Shown piece by piece: positions 59,429 through 64,000 of a stretch of DNA of 64,000 nt. This DNA comes from Amoebophrya sp. A120. Its lineage: Eukaryota; Protista; Dinoflagellata. The stretch covers positions 4,490,258 through 4,554,257 of the forward strand of contig CAJINV010000007.1 of assembly GCA_905178155.1 (NCBI GenBank), in the 5' to 3' direction. The notes beneath the pieces were generated by a model. It saw only the letters and a program-made list of their open reading frames with translations, did no database searches and was not told the origin of the DNA. Position 1 is the stretch's first letter, and each line of letters begins with the position of its first letter. A program made the translations under genes and the position numbers.

Positions 59429-62400
59429 TCATCGACCAGCACCACTAAGTACCGCCGTGCTAGTACCACCAGCAGCTCCACTCGTTTTCGTGATGTCTTG
59501 CCCGTTGATTTCGAACTTCGCGTAGAACACCTTCGCAGCCGCCACCGGCGATTTCACAAAGAGCAGTTGCACGCCAGCCAGCGTTAAGCCGACGAAGTCG
59601 GTCTCCTTCCGGTGAAAGAAAAACGCGTTGTGTTCTCTCAGAATCGATAATAGCGTCGTTTCGGCGGGCACCTTGAAGTACCGTTTCCAGTCGTCGAAGC
59701 AGTGCTTCAGCTTGTCGATATTGGTCGCCTGGTGAAGGATTTTATTCGCACATGATGAAGCGGCTGAGTTTTTATCTTTTGCGCCGCGGATAGATGCGTT
59801 GTAGTGCGCAATGTTGGGGTTTACGTGAGTGTTCGTGTTGTGAAGAAAAGATGAAAAATTGTTCTGTGTGCAGAGCAGAGTGGTGGAGTTTATCATCGAG
59901 GCTTGGTTCTTCGCGATCACCATGGCAAGCTTCTGCAGCAGGGTCAGTCGTATTTTCCCGAACCGGTCCAGGATGTCCTGGCGCATCGCCTGGAGCAGGG
60001 GCAGGGGACAGACCTGTTTTTCGTTTGTATGATGTAAATTTGGATTCTTCGATGAAGATCATTTTGATTCTATGCTAACGGAAACGCAAACGGCCACTGC
60101 TAGTATACACGACAGCAATTGCATGCGCGGGAAAAAATGCAACGGTGACGCGACGAGGACATCGAATGCGAGACTTCTATAAGACTGCAAGGATGTAGAA
60201 TTTGCATTTCCGATGATCACTCGGTGTTCTGCTTCTGCACCACCACCAGATGAGAATTTATCTTCTTATAGTACCTCCGCTGCCCGATCTTGGTTCTTCC
60301 GGGCAATCTCTTCGTCCGCTAAGGTTTTGAATTCCACCACCGTTGCGTGATTGTCCGGTAGGTTGTAATTTTTCGCCTTCCCCTCCAGTTCGCCCAGCCA
60401 GTCGATCCTTCGGATTTTCTTGTGCAGCTCCGCACAGAGAAAGGGGCACATTTTCTGCAGTTTCGGGTCGTCTTTTACGGAATGGAGGTAGGCGTGGCCC
60501 AGACAGGGGATGGTCGAAACCCCCTCGTTGGTCAAATGTAATTTCCGCACGTCATCCTCGTACTGGTAGAAGAGCGCCAAATCGTCCATCTTGTTCCTAC
60601 TCGCCCCGCCATAGGTGGACAGAGTAAGCGCATCGGCCCCTAACGGGAAGTTGTCGTTGTCTTCTGAATCGCTGGAGTGCGGGCGAGTGAGGAGGTTAAT
60701 ATTGTTCGTCGAGCTCGGAAAAATTCCCCCACTTGATGTACTAGCTGCCAACAAAGGTGATGAGGATTTCTTCCCGCCCTTGCTCCCACCTTCTTCCCGC
60801 AACCCGGGAATCAGAAACCGCTTCTGCTCAGGGAGGTTCTTGTTCTTTTCCGAACTGCCATACGCAATTCCTCCGAGGACAGCAGCTTGCTTGTGGTCCT
60901 CGTCCTCTTGAAACAAATCCGCGTAGATGTCGTCCACCTCTTCTTCTTCCCCACTGCCTGTTGCGGCGCTGGTGCCGGAGTTCCGGTTCGATGAGTTATT
61001 TCTGTTTAATATTCCCCTAGATGACGAGAAATCCTTCGTCACCTGGTCCAGCATCCAGGGGTTCGCTCTCAGAAGATTTCGCCTGCACTTTTCCGCTAAA
61101 CCAATCACGTCCACTTCGACGATCTCGCTGTTATTATTCTCGTCCGCCGGAGTTGTGCTTTTAAAGCTGTACTTGAGCACGACGAAAAACTCCGGGTAGT
61201 AGAGACAGATGTCCTTCTATCGAACAAAAAAAGTGTTTACAGTTACACATTTGTTGTCAATTCAGCAACACAAATTTCTCTGCATGAGGGAGAAAACTTG
61301 CAATGCAGAAATCCTACGGGAAAATACCTATGAAAGGACGCTTCGATGCATAATATCCGGCATGACAGAGCTTGTCTGTCTTGCTTGGCCTGCAACACAA
61401 TGTGTAACTGTAACACTTTTTTCTTGTGATACCTTCAATGTTTTCTTCCGCCAGCCCTTGATCTTCATTTTCATCTGCTTCAGGTTCCACGCGTCCTCTT
61501 CGGAAAGTTGGTTTTCCAAGTTTTGCAAATCCAGGAACAACCCCGGACAATCGAAGAAGATCAATTTCACCAAATGGAGAAGGAAAACCATCTTCTCCAA
61601 CTGCGGGCGGATCAGCAGCGGTGGTAGATTCTCGTAGATGCGGAATTTCTGCAGCGCCTGGTGCTTCCGCTGCTCAAACGTCGCTTGCGTCGGCGGCTTC
61701 TCGCCGGTCAAGGCGACAATCTGCAGCATGCTGGTGTTGATGTTCGGGTCGATAAAAGGCTTCGGCGAAGCTGCGGGCATTTGCATACTAGCATTGGCAC
61801 CAGCTGTAGTTGCCGCACCAGAGTTTGTGCGGTGGAAAACTTGTGCAGCTGCTGCAACTTCTCCGAAAGCGCCGCTGGGAACTACAGTGTGTTTTTGCTT
61901 GTTCAGCATCCTCCTGCCTGCTGTAATTCCCATAGAATCGTCGCTGTCCACGTCGAATTCGTTGACATCTAGCAATCTGGACTGCGAAGTACTAGGATTG
62001 TTCGCCCCAACCGGGTGCAGAACCGGCGCACCCAGCGTCGTGATGAACTCGCGTTTTCGTTGCCGCTCCTGTTCCTCTTGCAGTTTGCGGGCTGCGGTCC
62101 GCGGGGAAAGGAACTCTGGCTGGTGATGTTCTTCGACGTCCATTTTGGATGAGTCCCGATTGATGTTTATTTCCAGTTCGTCTTCGTCAAACTCGTCCCG
62201 ATCGTGATCAAACGCCTCCATGATCTTGTTCCGACTTGTACTAAAACTAGTTCCAGCGTTTAAACCAACCGACGGATTTACAACTTTGTGTGGGGGATGC
62301 AGCTCAGGAGGAGGAATATTAACTCCACCCCCAAGAACAGCAGCTGTACCAAGAGCGCCACCCTTGTTTATTCCGCTTGTAATTCTACTTCCCTTGTTGT

Positions 62401-64000
62401 TCACCACGTTCGTTGCACCTCCAGTGTGTTCGCCTTCCATGTCGCTGAAAACCGGTAAACCGGGCGGCGCGGGGAACTTCTCACCCGCAATGATGATGGG
62501 GACCGCCGGGGCTTGCGGGATTTTTTTCCCTTTCTTCGAAGTAACGATTTGTGGATGTTGTTCCAGGTCCTCGTCCATAATTTCTTGTGCACTTATTGGC
62601 GGTTTTTTCGGCAGTATCGGCCCGAATTGATTTGCCTCGGTGATGCAAGGAGTCATGTAAGAACTGGAAGCTCTTCCGATCATCGCCTGATCCTGCTCCT
62701 GCCCCTTCACCACCCCGAAATGTTCAAACAGCGGCTTGTTGAGCATCCTTTTTTCCCGGATCCTCTCGTCGTAATCCTCGCTGCTGTCACTCGGCACGAT
62801 CCCCTGCTCTCGTCTCGCTTCGCGTCGCTGCTGCTTCGCGCGTTGCTGGCGCTTTTCGCCCTTCGTGAGCTTCTTGTTCACGATGTTGCAGTCCGGGTTC
62901 TTCTCCGACCAAAACTTCTCCATTTTGCGATTATGCATTGCAAAAATGTCTGGGTCTGGAAGAATGCAAAGTTGTCATACTAAATCCGAATCATGCAAAA
63001 ATATGTGTTGCATGAGTGCCAAAAGCTGTCCACTTTTGACCAAGATAGTAGTAGTAGTACCATTTAACTCCTGGCGGGTGGGCGTTAGAACAGATTTAGC
63101 CTCTGCCAATACCTGGGCGTTAGAACAGATTTAGCCTCTGCCGATGCCACTTTTGACCAAGATGGAAGGGAGTTTCTCATGCAGGACAGGCATGGCAGAG
63201 ACCTCGCAGAGTCTGTCATGCTAAGGCCCGCATTCCAGACCTCATGGGTCATGGAAAATCTGCATGACAAGTTTACACTCTTCCAGACCCAGACATTTTT
63301 GCACTGCATAGCGATGCCACTGCGCCGATTTGTCGTTGCTGTTCGGGTCCCACCCGACGGTCACGATGTATGGAGTTCTCAAATGTTACATTCTCAACTG
63401 TTACATGAATCTGTAATGCAAAAATGGCAAATGTGAAAGGAGTGGAGGAAGATTGCGCCTTTTGCATTACAAGTTTGGCGCAGATTTAGATGCTGTTTAG
63501 CCCTTTCGAAATTTGTCATGCGAAGCAGCTCGATCATCTGCCGGCTTAAGGTACTTTTGCATGACAAATTCATGCAACAGTTGAGAGTGTAACGTTTGAG
63601 AACGCCATACGATGGTCCGCCCGCGCTTCGTCACTTTCACGCTCGTTTGGTTCACGCGGTGATCCTCTTCCTCATCGAACTCATTTGCAGCTCCTTTGAG
63701 ATTTTTCGGCGGCTTCCATCGATAAATGATATGCGGCTCGTCTTCCTTTTTATTCTTACCACGCCCTTTCTTACTCGACGTCTGCTCCGTCGTGGGATCA
63801 TTCATGGTTCCTCCAACGGCACCATTGGTACCAGCACCGTCCTTGGCGGCGGCGTTTTGCTCAGTTTTTGGCGCGGCTGGCACAGTGATCCAGGCCCCGT
63901 CTTCGTCATAGTAGCCGTCCTCCTCCTCATAGTCGTCTCCGTATTCATCCTTGTAATTGTGCCCGTCCTCGTAGTACTCGTTGTAATCACCTGGGTCGTG
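59429..64000 (-). CDS. Large unknown protein, 5' end outside the window; exons >64000-63610, 63363-63311, 62926-61433, 61213-60275, 60013-59429
   Basis: ORFs join in frame after removing three introners and GT-AG intron 60014-60274 (RGRTIVTVGWD, QWHRKMEKF, TLKDICLYYPEF, AAEVCPLP). Confidence 0.75.
61218..61431. mobile_element. Introner, family B (214 bp), inverted relative to 9356-9566
   Basis: TIR tatc...aaaaaagtgtt(t)acagttacacatt. TSD ccttc on both sides. Removal restores the frame, and the TSD supplies a GT-AG register. Confidence 0.92.
62932..63310. mobile_element. Introner, family C (379 bp, with nested insertion), inverted relative to 46186-46438
   Basis: ~32-bp near-perfect TIR tatgcaKtgcaaaaatgtctgggtctggaaga. 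TSD gcgat on both sides. Removal restores the frame. Confidence 0.92.
63047..63146 (-). mobile_element. 100-bp nested insertion flanked by a 17-bp duplication, with a (TAC)n tail; possible truncated non-LTR retroelement
   Basis: ccacttttgaccaagat at 63030-63046 and 63147-63163. (agt)4 at one end. Internal 29-bp repeat at 63079-63107 and 63114-63142. Absent from sister copies. Confidence 0.6.
63369..63609. mobile_element. Introner, family D (241 bp)
   Basis: ~55-bp imperfect TIR tatggMgttctcaaaYgttacaYtctcaactgttRcatgaat. TSD cgatg on both sides. Removal gives GRTIVTVGW. Confidence 0.92.

Overview
Eukaryotic, intron-containing DNA with all recognisable host genes on the minus strand and a perfect 22-nt dinoflagellate spliced-leader (DinoSL) copy. 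This fits a dinoflagellate-lineage genome, most likely the syndinian parasite Amoebophrya (inference). Recognisable genes: actin, arginyl-tRNA synthetase, an AMT1-type ammonium transporter, a cytochrome-b5-fused front-end desaturase, a ~2300-aa protein with two tandem peptidase-S51-like units, a 2448-aa ankyrin-like ORF and several large unknown proteins. Main signal: a set of 211-379-bp miniature transposon-like introns (introners). Seven of them, from four sequence families, share TAT...ATA ends, terminal inverted repeats (TIRs) and a 5-bp target-site duplication (TSD). They sit inside coding exons, restore the reading frame when element plus one TSD is removed, mostly lack GT-AG, occur in both orientations relative to transcription and share an internal GCAT[GCT]ACAA[AG]TTT motif. 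Also present: a young LTR element with a decayed copia-like interior inside a probable intron, a 1-kb TIR element with a 9-bp TSD, a perfect 64-bp palindrome and a 478-N gap. Exon models and alignments were made by eye and are not confirmed by transcripts.
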